A program made the position numbers and the translations under genes. Below are positions 1 through 8,852 of a stretch of DNA of 64,000 nt, piece by piece. Every line of letters begins with the position of its first letter. The first letter of the stretch is position 1. Under the pieces are notes generated by a model. It had not been told where the DNA came from, did not search any database, and saw only the letters and a program-made list of their open reading frames with translations. Source of the stretch: Limnohabitans sp. (GTDB taxonomy: Bacteria; Pseudomonadota; Gammaproteobacteria; Burkholderiales; Burkholderiaceae_C); contig NZ_JAVKLM010000009.1 in assembly GCF_031539105.1 (NCBI RefSeq), positions 83,387 through 147,386 on the forward strand, read 5' to 3'.

Positions 1-69
1 CCACGCTTTGCCTGCCAAACCATAAAAGGTGTGCGGTGCAGCGTAGTGAAACCAATTGATATTTTTCAT
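1..69 (-). CDS. ccmC: Heme exporter protein CcmC, N-terminal fragment (gene runs off the left edge)
   Basis: Reverse complement of 1-69 reads MKNINWFHYAAPHTFYGLAGKAW, a CcmC-like N-terminus. The ATG overlaps the ccmB stop (ATGA). Gene order is ccmA-ccmB-ccmC. Confidence 0.7.
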   Translation of the reverse strand, partial: MKNINWFHYAAPHTFYGLAGKAW

Positions 70-737
70 TCCAACGCGATCCGTAAAGCCGCTGCACATG
101 CAAACGGGCTGAAAAATGCAGCAGGCAACAACAGGGCCATCAAAATTGAAAAGTGCGCCTGCGCACCCAAACCGCTCGCTTGCGCTTCTACGGCACCTGC
201 ACCAAACACCAACACAGGGATGAACAAAGGCAACACCAGCAGCGACAACAACACCCCGCCACCGCGCACACCCAAGGTCAACGCGGCACCAATACCGCCG
301 ACCAAAGACAAAATAGGCGTACCCAACAGCAGTGCCAATGTCAGGGTGACCAAGGCCTCCTCCGAGAGGTCAAATTGCAGCCCTAAAACCGGGGCCAATA
401 ATACCAACGGCACTCCTGACACCAGCCAATGCGCCAAGAGTTTGGCACTGATCAGTAAGGGCATTGGCGTGGGTGACAAAGCCATTTGCTCCAGCGTGCC
501 GTCGCGGTAATCGGCCTCAAACAAACGCTGCAAAGCCAACATGCTCGACAGCAACGCCCCCACCCACAGCACGCCAGGAGCCACCAAGCGCAAAGTGTTC
601 AGCTCTGGGCCAATGCCCAACGGAAACAAAGCTGCCACCACCACAAAGAAAAACACCGCCGTCAGCACTTCGCTCTTGCGGCGCATGGCCAAGAGCAAAT
701 CGCGCCGCAACACGGCCATGAACGCGCCGCCACTCAT
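66..737 (-). CDS. ccmB: Heme exporter protein B (cytochrome c maturation ABC permease)
   Basis: 223-aa polytopic protein with a CcmB-like sequence (RRDLLLAMRRKSE..., six hydrophobic segments). Start overlaps the ccmA stop by 4 nt. Confidence 0.9.
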   Translation of the reverse strand: MSGGAFMAVLRRDLLLAMRRKSEVLTAVFFFVVVAALFPLGIGPELNTLRLVAPGVLWVGALLSSMLALQRLFEADYRDGTLEQMALSPTPMPLLISAKLLAHWLVSGVPLVLLAPVLGLQFDLSEEALVTLTLALLLGTPILSLVGGIGAALTLGVRGGGVLLSLLVLPLFIPVLVFGAGAVEAQASGLGAQAHFSILMALLLPAAFFSPFACAAALRIALE

Positions 738-1372
738 GCCATGCCTTTCAATCGGTAAGTTTGCACATCGACCGACGCGCCATTGGCGGTGGTCAGTGCG
801 AAAGGTTGATGGCTGGTGAACAGCACCATGCCACCGTCGGCCACATGTTGGGCCAGCAGGCCGCGCAAGCCGTCAACGGCTTTGGCATCCAAGGCCACAA
901 AAGGCTCGTCCAACACCCAAAGCGGCGATTGGCTGGCCAGCAACCGCGCCAAAGCCGTTCGGCGCTTTTGACCTTGCGACATCACGCGTAGCGGCAAATG
1001 CTCGCGGCCACGCAAACCCATACGCGCCAAAGCCACCATGGCTTGTGCTTCGCTGAGGGTGCGCCCAGACACTGCGGCATCCGACATGAGGTTTTCTAAA
1101 GCCGTCAACTCTTCTTTGAGCGACAAACCGTGGCCTAAATAAAACAGCGACGAACGAAACGCTGCGGCGTTTTGTTGGATGGTTTTGTCATGCCAACACA
1201 CGTCGCCCGCATCAGCGGGTGACAAGCCGCAGAGGATGCGCAGCAAGCTGGTTTTACCCACACCGTTGTCACCCTCGAGGTGCAAGGCTTGACCTGCTTT
1301 CAACTCGAAACAGACATTGGCAAACAACGGCTTGTTGCCTCGGCTGCATGAGAGGTTGGAGACGCGCAGCAT
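734..1372 (-). CDS. ccmA: Cytochrome c biogenesis heme-exporting ABC ATPase
   Basis: Walker A GDNGVGKTSLLRIL, ABC signature MSQGQKRR, Walker B LWVLDEPFVALD. Sits upstream of ccmB. Confidence 0.9.
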   Translation of the reverse strand: MLRVSNLSCSRGNKPLFANVCFELKAGQALHLEGDNGVGKTSLLRILCGLSPADAGDVCWHDKTIQQNAAAFRSSLFYLGHGLSLKEELTALENLMSDAAVSGRTLSEAQAMVALARMGLRGREHLPLRVMSQGQKRRTALARLLASQSPLWVLDEPFVALDAKAVDGLRGLLAQHVADGGMVLFTSHQPFALTTANGASVDVQTYRLKGMA

Positions 1373-1375
1373 AGC

Positions 1376-2299
1376 TTAAATGAAGGTTCCTGCGCAGGTG
1401 AGCACTTGGCCGCCGGTGCTCATCTTGAAACGCGCAATGCCTGCGCTGCGCGTGGTGTTGACACCGCCGAGGTCGAGCTTGCGCACACCGCGCTCGCGCA
1501 AGGCTTCAATGCCTTTCCACAAAATCAAATTGTGAGCGTGCAAGTCGCGGCCGGCATCGCTGGTCCAGCCCACTTGGTAGGTGGCAGCTTCGCCGTGAAT
1601 CAAAAACATCATGCCCGCCACGCGATCGCGGCCCACGTCAGCACGCATGGTCAAAATGGTTTTGGCAGGTTGTTGGCGCGAGGGCACATACAAGTCAAAG
1701 AAGTGCAAAGGTAAGCCATGCAAGCCGCGTTGCTCGCGCTGCTGCATTTCCGCGTCTAACAACCACCGGTATTGGCCAGCATTGGTGCCCACGCGGTGGA
1801 TGGTGAGCTCGGAGTTTTCTGCACCACCCAAGCGGTGACGCCAACGCTTGTCGAGCTGCGCGCGCAACTCGTCCATTGACGGGGTGAGGTCAAGCATCAC
1901 GGTACTGTGGCCTGTCATCACACGACGCCAGCGCGAGAGGCCAAGCTCTGGGCCTTGCGCCTGTAGCGGCGTGAATGCGACCACACGCAAGTTCTTTAAT
2001 GGAATGGTTTTCTTGAGTGCTTTGTAAACATGCGCTTTCTCAGCGCCCGAGAACGGCTGCAACCACACTGGCCCCAAGGAGCACAGCGCCATATTGGCCA
2101 AGCCGCCTGCAAATCGGCGCACGATGAACTGAGCCAAGGCCACGGGTGCCCCGTCTTGGTCCACATATGCACGCAGCACACCCACACCTAGCGTTTTCAT
2201 GCACGCCCCGTAAGCCCAGTCTTGTTGCAAGGGTGCAGCGGCGGTGGCATGGTGTGCGTCCCACTCGGGATAGCTCAAGGTGTCCCAGTTGACGTTCAT
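1376..2299 (-). CDS. FemAB-like / GNAT-fold acyltransferase family protein
   Basis: 307 aa. The C-terminal half (YQVGWTSDAGRDLHAHNLILWKGIEALRERGVRKLDLGG) resembles the FemAB/BioF2-like acetyltransferase fold. Assigned from memory of the family. Confidence 0.55.
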   Translation of the reverse strand: MNVNWDTLSYPEWDAHHATAAAPLQQDWAYGACMKTLGVGVLRAYVDQDGAPVALAQFIVRRFAGGLANMALCSLGPVWLQPFSGAEKAHVYKALKKTIPLKNLRVVAFTPLQAQGPELGLSRWRRVMTGHSTVMLDLTPSMDELRAQLDKRWRHRLGGAENSELTIHRVGTNAGQYRWLLDAEMQQREQRGLHGLPLHFFDLYVPSRQQPAKTILTMRADVGRDRVAGMMFLIHGEAATYQVGWTSDAGRDLHAHNLILWKGIEALRERGVRKLDLGGVNTTRSAGIARFKMSTGGQVLTCAGTFI

Positions 2300-2319
2300 G
2301 CGCCTAAAATCCTTGCACC

Positions 2320-2517
2320 ATGTTGAACAAACTTCGCCTTCGCCGACAAGCCGAGACCGTGATGGGTCATCGCTTGGAAGAACCCCGCCTCACGCTGATG
2401 TTTGTGCTGTGGGTGTTTGTGTACGTGGGTTTGCCCCTGCTGGCCATTAGTAGCGCGGTGGATTTGCTCATTCAGCAAATCACGGGCAACTGCACCGGTT
2501 TTTGGTGCTGGTTTTAA
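2320..2517 (+). CDS. Possible small single-TM membrane protein (hypothetical)
   Basis: 65-aa ORF filling the 2300-2545 gap, with one clear hydrophobic helix (LTLMFVLWVFVYVGLPLLAISSAV). No recognisable family. Confidence 0.25.
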   Translation: MLNKLRLRRQAETVMGHRLEEPRLTLMFVLWVFVYVGLPLLAISSAVDLLIQQITGNCTGFWCWF

Positions 2518-2545
2518 AAGCAAAGCCATCATTGTTTGCACGGCC

Positions 2546-2980
2546 TTAACGGGGCATGCCGCAAGGCCCCGTGATGCTGACACGAACTTTTTTACCCATG
2601 TAAGTGGTGTCAGTAAAAGCCGTCACGATCACTGTGGCTTGCTCAATGCGAATCTCTGACTCTGCGCCCGTGACCTTGTGTTTGCGAAACGCGCCCATTT
2701 CTTTAGCCGTCGTTAAGTTTTTACCTGTGTACTCTTCGGTGGCCAAGCTGTTGGCGACCAACATATAAGGTTCGGGGCCGTTCATCTTGAGAAAGATGTT
2801 TTTGCCCATGGATTGAATTTCAATCACGACTTTTTGCGGTTTGATCTTGAGGTCATCCATGGCTGGAATGACGCCCTCCACCTCACATGGCATTTTGAAA
2901 GTCTGGGCATACACAGGCGCAACAAAAACAGCCATGCACAACAGTGTGGCTTGCAGCAAACGGGTGAGGTTCATGGTCAT
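2546..2980 (-). CDS. Exported hypothetical protein
   Basis: Signal peptide MTMNLTRLLQATLLCMAVFVAPVYA/QT. Start moved to an internal ATG just downstream of the CLC stop. No family recognised. Confidence 0.6.
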   Translation of the reverse strand: MTMNLTRLLQATLLCMAVFVAPVYAQTFKMPCEVEGVIPAMDDLKIKPQKVVIEIQSMGKNIFLKMNGPEPYMLVANSLATEEYTGKNLTTAKEMGAFRKHKVTGAESEIRIEQATVIVTAFTDTTYMGKKVRVSITGPCGMPR

Positions 2981-2990
2981 GGTTCCCATT

Positions 2991-4253
2991 CTAAGAAGAC
3001 TGAGACGGCGCATCGGTCTTGCGGTGCGCTACGCGCTGAGCGCGGTAAATGCCGTTGTGCCCCGAGCACACATAGCTAATCACACAAGCCAGCGCGGCAA
3101 ACACACCAATCTCTGCGCCAAATAACTCCATGGCCATCAAGGTCGAGGCGATGGGCGTGTTAGCAGCCCCTGCAAACACAGCCACAAAACCCACCGCGGC
3201 GAGCAATGCAAATGGCACATCGAGCAAGGGTGCCAAGGCATTGCCTAAGGTCGCGCCGATGAAAAACAAAGGCGTCACTTCGCCGCCTTTAAAACCTGAA
3301 CCCAGCGAAGCAATGGTGAACACCATCTTGCCCAAAAAGTCAGTCGGCGCGAGTGGGTGGGCAAACGCTTCCACCATCACGGGAATGCCCAAACCGATGT
3401 AGCGGTCAAAACTACCCCACATCACCACGGCGGCGATCACCGCGCCTCCTAGCAAAGGGCGTAACGGTGCGTAGGCGATGTGCTTTTTCATCAGGTCACT
3501 CAGCGCGTGCGTGCTGTTGGCAAACAGCTTGCCGGTTAAACCAAACACTGCGCCTGCCAACACCATGGCCGCCAACAACCACGCTGTGATTTGTGGCACC
3601 AAGCCCACTTCGTACTGCGTGTGTTGCACGCCCCACAACAAGCCCACTTGATCGGCCAGCACAGCCGCCATGACACAGGGCAACAAAGCCTCGAGACGCA
3701 TGCGACCAATGGCCAGCACCTCTAAGGCAAATACCGCGCCCGCCAAGGGTGTGCCAAACACCGAAGCAAAGCCTGCGCTGATGCCAGCCATCAACACCAT
3801 GCGGCGGTCCGCCGCATTGAGCTTAAATAAGTGGGTGAGCTGGTCAGCCAAAGCGCCGCCCATTTGCACGGCAGTGCCTTCACGTCCGACCGACGCGCCA
3901 AACAAATGCGACACCACCGTACTGACCAACACAAACGGAGCCATGCGCAGCGTCACTACTTTTTTGGGGTCGTGAATTTCGTCAATCAGCAAGTTGTTGC
4001 CGGCCTCAACGTGCTGACCAAACTTGAGATACACCCAGCCCACCAAGAAACCCGCCACGGGCAAGCCCCAAATCAGCCAACGGTTGGCTTCGCGGGTCAG
4101 GGTAGCCCAATCAAGCGCAAAGAGAAACAGGGCTGAGGCTGAGCCGGCAAGAACAGCCACCAACGTCGCCAAGGCCAACGCCTTCAAGACATATTTAAAG
4201 AGATCGATCGACGCGTGGCGACTAAACAAGTGCATGGGCGTATTTTGGCCCAT
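2991..4253 (-). CDS. CLC family anion channel/antiporter, CLC-F (fluoride/proton antiporter)-like motifs
   Basis: 420-aa polytopic protein. GNNLL sits where canonical CLCs have GSGIP, GREGT where they have GREGP, and FGTPLAG where they have GxFxP. Confidence 0.85.
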   Translation of the reverse strand: MGQNTPMHLFSRHASIDLFKYVLKALALATLVAVLAGSASALFLFALDWATLTREANRWLIWGLPVAGFLVGWVYLKFGQHVEAGNNLLIDEIHDPKKVVTLRMAPFVLVSTVVSHLFGASVGREGTAVQMGGALADQLTHLFKLNAADRRMVLMAGISAGFASVFGTPLAGAVFALEVLAIGRMRLEALLPCVMAAVLADQVGLLWGVQHTQYEVGLVPQITAWLLAAMVLAGAVFGLTGKLFANSTHALSDLMKKHIAYAPLRPLLGGAVIAAVVMWGSFDRYIGLGIPVMVEAFAHPLAPTDFLGKMVFTIASLGSGFKGGEVTPLFFIGATLGNALAPLLDVPFALLAAVGFVAVFAGAANTPIASTLMAMELFGAEIGVFAALACVISYVCSGHNGIYRAQRVAHRKTDAPSQSS

Positions 4254-4271
4254 TCACAAACTCAGCAAGCG

Positions 4272-5057
4272 TTACAGATAATCCTTTAAACCCGTATAAA
4301 TCGACATCGCTGTCGTGCCAGCGGCTATGAGGCTGCCACCTATTTCTTCTATTTTTTGAATCTTCTCGTGCATGTCCATTGGCGAAGTACTGCCATTTGA
4401 AAACTTTGACACGAGGGCGCTTAAAAACGGCCCGTCTTTCTTTTTCACCACCCGATGAGCTCTGTGATAAGCCACTCCGCCCAACAGCATGCCCGTTAAG
4501 AAGCTGAGCGTGATGCTGGCTGCATACTCCAAAAACTCGCGCCACTCAATCATGCTTTGCGGCAGGATGGGCGTGTGGTCTACCCAAGCCGTGATGGCGC
4601 TCATGCCAATCACAGACGAAGCGGCCAAAAACGCCGTCGCAATGAACCACCCCAACAGCGAACGCTTTTGTGTCTTAAATAGGTAAAAAGCAAAAGGTAA
4701 GGGCAATGCCACAGAGGCTATTCGCAAATAAAGCATGTTGATGTCGTAAATCACGACGATCAATGCGTGCGCCAACAAAAGCAAAGCCAAGGGGATGAAG
4801 ATGAACTGCCCCACGTCTGTGATCAACCGCCAAGGTGTGGCTTCTTTTTTATCCATGCGTGACCGCTCAGCGACCAACAACGCCTCTAGCTCATCCACCC
4901 TGGCTTGTAATTCAACCGGGTCTTGATGCTCGGCCAGTTTTGTTTCCAGCTCTTTGACTTTTTCAAGCAACGGACGGAACAAATACAAATCACGTGTGCA
5001 AACCTTGCACACATTGGCTTTGTCATCAACTGCGCTGAGACAGTACACGCACTGCAT
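4272..5057 (-). CDS. Zinc-ribbon / coiled-coil / four-TM membrane protein (hypothetical)
   Basis: N-terminal CVYC-N10-CKVC, then a heptad-like segment (EKVKELETKLAEHQDPVELQARVDELEALLVAE), four hydrophobic helices and a charged C-tail. Start overlaps the upstream stop by 1 nt (TAATG). Confidence 0.75.
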   Translation of the reverse strand: MQCVYCLSAVDDKANVCKVCTRDLYLFRPLLEKVKELETKLAEHQDPVELQARVDELEALLVAERSRMDKKEATPWRLITDVGQFIFIPLALLLLAHALIVVIYDINMLYLRIASVALPLPFAFYLFKTQKRSLLGWFIATAFLAASSVIGMSAITAWVDHTPILPQSMIEWREFLEYAASITLSFLTGMLLGGVAYHRAHRVVKKKDGPFLSALVSKFSNGSTSPMDMHEKIQKIEEIGGSLIAAGTTAMSIYTGLKDYL

Positions 5058-5506
5058 TACTTAACAACCACCAAAGTCATCACGGTATTGGATTCACGAC
5101 CATCAACATCTTTCACGGTGATCTTCACTGCGTGTTCACCGGGTGGCACTTCGGCTTTTGCAAAGTCAATGCCGTTTTCTGTGATTGCCCCTTTAAGGCG
5201 CGGTGTCAAATCAACTGCCGTGGCCTTGAGGTAAGTCACCTTCACAGCCGAGGCATCGATCTTGTTGCCGCCACGGCTTTCAAACACCACCTTCAAATCG
5301 AACGGGCCTTTGATTTCTGGTGCAGTCACATCAGGAGAAATCACCTTGATACCAGGGCCACGCGCAATGCCACGGGTCTTAAGCTCGCCGCTGGCGGCTG
5401 GCATTTGCGCTTCTTTGGGCGTGATCAAAGGCGCTGCCATGACGGTGACCGCGGTCAAGGCGAATGACATGCCCAAAGCACACATGATTAGATTTTTTTT
5501 CAACAT
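5057..5506 (-). CDS. Exported beta-rich (Ig-like looking) small protein (hypothetical)
   Basis: Signal peptide MLKKNLIMCALGMSFALTAVTVMA/AP. Alternating beta-strand-like pattern (IKVISPDV, FDLKVVFES, VKVTYLKA, HAVKITVKD, TVMTLVVVK). Lies 25 nt downstream of the CHAT gene. Confidence 0.75.
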   Translation of the reverse strand: MLKKNLIMCALGMSFALTAVTVMAAPLITPKEAQMPAASGELKTRGIARGPGIKVISPDVTAPEIKGPFDLKVVFESRGGNKIDASAVKVTYLKATAVDLTPRLKGAITENGIDFAKAEVPPGEHAVKITVKDVDGRESNTVMTLVVVK

Positions 5507-5531
5507 ACCAACTTTCTTTTATGAAATGAAC

Positions 5532-8500
5532 TCAATCCCCAACCACCACAAACGGAGCCCAGAACAAGGGGTGCGCATAAGAATATTGGCTTTTCCCCTT
5601 AGCGTCTTGAGACCCAGAGCCTAAGTTATCAATCATGTTAACCATAGAGGCTTGCAAATACTCCGCCTTGTTTTGGCCTTGCTTTTGCTGCTGTCGTTTG
5701 AACATATCTGTCATCAACTTACGGGCTGCTTCGGAGTCCACCGGCCAGTTTGACACCAACAAGGCCCGCGCGCCTGCATAGAAAAAAGCGCGTCCCAAAC
5801 CAGACACAGCCTCAGCACCCGCACCTTCGCCAGAAGCGGTGTTACAAGCAGACAAAACCACCCAATCGGCATTGAGTTTGAGGGTCAAGATTTTTTCCAT
5901 GGTCAGCAAGCCATCGCCTTTGACCTCACCCGTCACACTGGGCGCACTCAAAGCTAAGGCGGGTTGTGACAAACCATCCAGCTCTCCGGGAACCAAACCG
6001 TGTGTGGCAAACATGACCACTTGTCGCTTGGACAAGTCCATTTCCATCACACGGGCCACACTGGCATCTTTGTTGAGAAAGATGTCTTGGCTTGGATCCG
6101 CCGAGAGGGCTTTGCCAATTTCTTGCAACTCTTCTTTGGTGTCGGGCAAGCGCGGTAGCAATGCCAGCTCTGCACTGCTGACACCTGCCGTCTTGGGTGC
6201 GCTGCGCAATTTGAGTGGAATACCGCGTGTGGCCATTTGATTACCCGCACGGGCCGCTGTGTTGGCTGCGATCTTGGCTTGCTCATCGCTGAAAAATGGA
6301 TCACCAAAACCCACAAATGTGCGGCGATCCGTCGGTGGTGCTGGCAAATTGCGCAACGCAGCCAAGGCGGTGACCGAAGGCAACTGGGCCACAGCAATGT
6401 CTTTGATCAACCAAGCCGTTTTACGGTACTCCGTAAAGTCGCCACCCTTGGCTTTGGCAGGCTGCGCATCTAGCTTCGTGGTGAGAAGAGCCAATGGCAG
6501 CTGGCCGAGCTCGGCGTGCGGCACGGTCAGCATGACTTTTTTGCCCTGTAACGCGGTGTGCACTGGCTCCAAAATGGTGTTGTACAAGCTGTTGGATAAC
6601 GCCACATCAAAGGCAGGAATCTCGTCAATCGTTGCAACGCCAGCATCGAGTGACTTTCGCAGTTTGCTCACAATCTCAGCCATTTTTTCCCGGCCCAAAG
6701 GGAAGCTGTGAAATTGAGGGGCGCCCGTTTTGGTAATGGCCCAAACAAAACCCTCTTTTTCAGCAAAGTACCACGACACCAACACCTCATCGGGCTTTAA
6801 CAGCTGACGCGTGCGCTCGATCGTGGATGGCTTGGGGTTGACCAAGTCGGCATAGTCTGGGAATTTTTGTTCAATCTCTTTGCGAAATTTTTCGCGATCC
6901 GCTTTAACTTGGACGATGTCAATTCTTAACTTAGCCTGAATTGCTGGCAACTGCTGCTCTGTTGGCGCAGACATAAGCCCTGTTAACACGCCCTCTAAAG
7001 ATGCCGCACGGCGCTGCGCATCTTGTTCTTTTCGGGCTAAGGCTGCCAACTGTGGGTCTTTGATATTGGCACGCGCTGCGCTCGCATTGAGTGCGCGTTG
7101 CACACTACTGCCTCGCGCTAAATCTGCAAGGCTAAAGGCTTCTGCGGCAACTTGAACCGCAATTTGTGGATGAGTTTTGGTTTGTTTTGCCAACAAAGAA
7201 ATGTTGTCTTCCAATATTAAGACAGTGCGCTCTTGTTGCTTGGTCGAAGCGGTTTGATTTTCAGCATCGTTACGTACACGATCAATCAACTTGGGCATGA
7301 CCTTGTGATACATCTCACGTGCTTGGTCATCTTTGCCTGTGGCGTGAATGGCCATGGCGTTGAAGGCTTGCAAGTAATTTAGACGACCTTCTGACACATT
7401 CTCTTTTTTGGTGGCTGCAGTGAGCATTTCGTGCGTCATCGCATGCGCATCATTACCCTTGCCCAGTTTGAGCATGGCGATAACCCAATCTAAGTCAGCG
7501 GCTGAAATGTTGTGGCCCTCTTGCTTGGTATGGGCAATGTCGGCCTTCATTTTTGAAAAGACCTTGTCCGCGTCGGCATATTTGCGATCGGACACCAAGG
7601 CAGCACCTAAAGCTTTGCGGCTATTGACCAGCGATAAGGATTCATCGGAAGCGCCACTAGCTTCAAAGGTTTTGATCGCCTCTTGTGCCAACAGCACCGC
7701 CTCAGCAGGCCTACCTTGCTCAGAAATAATCCGTGCAAGTCGGTTCAGAGCAGAACCGACCTCTACAGAATTGCGGCTAAATGTTTTGAGAGCCAAGTCC
7801 AAAGCCTCTCGGACTTGAGTTTCGGCATCGACAAGACGGCCTTGCATCATGATGGAGTGCGCCAAATCGAGCTGTCGTGCAATTTTGAATTGCTTTGTAT
7901 TTTTCAACGATCTAGCGGCACGCTCCTGATCAGGACTAGGTGGGGAATTTGACTCACGTTCAAAACGCTCAGTCATCACCTCCATTTTGCGAATACTCAA
8001 TCGCGATGAACGTTCCGCTTCTATCCAGCGACCTTGCGCCATGAAATTGAAAGAGCGAGCGGCATCAAGATCAGACTCCCAAGATGGGCCAAGATTGGTG
8101 AAATTAGGACTTCTCCTTAGCAACACCATTGAGCTATCCGCGTCTCGCAACGCAGTCTCCGAAGCCTCAAAATTACCTGCTTGTGAATAAGACCCGACCA
8201 ATAACCTGTTGGTTGACATGTAAAAACCAAAAAGTGATTGGGGTATAGCGGCCTTAGCTTGCTCAAACGCGGTGATCGCGTTTTTTAAATTTCCGCCTCT
8301 TGATTCATAAATACCTAAGTCAAGCATTGCCTCGAGGTGTGATCGTGGGCTCTTACTTTTGTATTTGTCCGTCGCCGATTTGATATCAACAATTGCAAGG
8401 TCATTTCGACCAATCATTTGATAAGCCGTTGCACGCTGCTTGTAATAAACATGCATTTGCTCTACATCTGAGCCATCGGGGACCGGACTGGCTATGGTTG

Positions 8501-8714
8501 CTTTTGCCTTAGCAAGTACTTCAGGATCTGACTTGGTACGCTCAACAGCGTTTAGGACATCCTTGACAGATCGAGGTGGCGCTTTGATGACAATCTCTTC
8601 TTCAACAGGATCGACTGATTTCTGGTCTTGCGCAAAAACTGACATGGCCGTCAGCTGCAAAACCATTGCACCGATGAACCAAAATTTTGAATGTGTGAAA
8701 TGACGCATATGCAC
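5532..8714 (-). CDS. Sec-exported TPR-repeat CHAT-domain (caspase-like, clan CD) protein
   Basis: 1060 aa. Signal peptide FWFIGAMVLQLTAMSVFA/QDQ, about 500 aa of TPR-like helical repeats, a coiled-coil segment, and a C-terminal CHAT domain with His (VVMFATHGLV) and Cys (WVVLSACNTASGEG). Confidence 0.9.
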   Translation of the reverse strand: MHMRHFTHSKFWFIGAMVLQLTAMSVFAQDQKSVDPVEEEIVIKAPPRSVKDVLNAVERTKSDPEVLAKAKATIASPVPDGSDVEQMHVYYKQRATAYQMIGRNDLAIVDIKSATDKYKSKSPRSHLEAMLDLGIYESRGGNLKNAITAFEQAKAAIPQSLFGFYMSTNRLLVGSYSQAGNFEASETALRDADSSMVLLRRSPNFTNLGPSWESDLDAARSFNFMAQGRWIEAERSSRLSIRKMEVMTERFERESNSPPSPDQERAARSLKNTKQFKIARQLDLAHSIMMQGRLVDAETQVREALDLALKTFSRNSVEVGSALNRLARIISEQGRPAEAVLLAQEAIKTFEASGASDESLSLVNSRKALGAALVSDRKYADADKVFSKMKADIAHTKQEGHNISAADLDWVIAMLKLGKGNDAHAMTHEMLTAATKKENVSEGRLNYLQAFNAMAIHATGKDDQAREMYHKVMPKLIDRVRNDAENQTASTKQQERTVLILEDNISLLAKQTKTHPQIAVQVAAEAFSLADLARGSSVQRALNASAARANIKDPQLAALARKEQDAQRRAASLEGVLTGLMSAPTEQQLPAIQAKLRIDIVQVKADREKFRKEIEQKFPDYADLVNPKPSTIERTRQLLKPDEVLVSWYFAEKEGFVWAITKTGAPQFHSFPLGREKMAEIVSKLRKSLDAGVATIDEIPAFDVALSNSLYNTILEPVHTALQGKKVMLTVPHAELGQLPLALLTTKLDAQPAKAKGGDFTEYRKTAWLIKDIAVAQLPSVTALAALRNLPAPPTDRRTFVGFGDPFFSDEQAKIAANTAARAGNQMATRGIPLKLRSAPKTAGVSSAELALLPRLPDTKEELQEIGKALSADPSQDIFLNKDASVARVMEMDLSKRQVVMFATHGLVPGELDGLSQPALALSAPSVTGEVKGDGLLTMEKILTLKLNADWVVLSACNTASGEGAGAEAVSGLGRAFFYAGARALLVSNWPVDSEAARKLMTDMFKRQQQKQGQNKAEYLQASMVNMIDNLGSGSQDAKGKSQYSYAHPLFWAPFVVVGD

Positions 8715-8823
8715 CCCGAACTGGTTGTCGCCAATAATCTTTAATATCGTTAAATATGATAAATGCTTACCAAGCTAATGCTTAGAACAGATTTGTAAAT
8801 TTAATATCAGCGATTGACCAATG

Positions 8824-8852
8824 AAAAAACCCCGAGAGCTAGGCTGTCGGGG
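8824..8852 (-). terminator. Rho-independent terminator downstream of tRNA-Ser
   Basis: Minus strand reads CCCCGA-CAGCCTAGCTC-TCGGGG followed by TTTTTT. Confidence 0.7.

Noticed and set aside
2296-2583. 95-aa minus-strand ORF bridging the FemAB-like gene and the exported-protein gene.
   Set aside because: It overlaps both neighbours and is His/Gln/Lys-rich with no structure signals. The opposite-strand 65-aa TM ORF is marginally more plausible, and even that is low confidence.
4254-4271. Fluoride riboswitch upstream of the CLC-F-like gene.
   Set aside because: Only 18 nt separate it from the preceding stop codon, too short for the riboswitch. A covariance-model scan of the upstream coding region would still be needed to exclude an embedded one.
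4272-5057. Possibility that the 261-aa protein next to the CHAT protease is a bacterial gasdermin-like pore former.
   Set aside because: It has a zinc ribbon, a coiled coil and four classical TM helices rather than a soluble beta-rich gasdermin fold. The protease also carries a signal peptide, unlike cytoplasmic gasdermin-activating proteases. The analogy is kept only as a loose idea.
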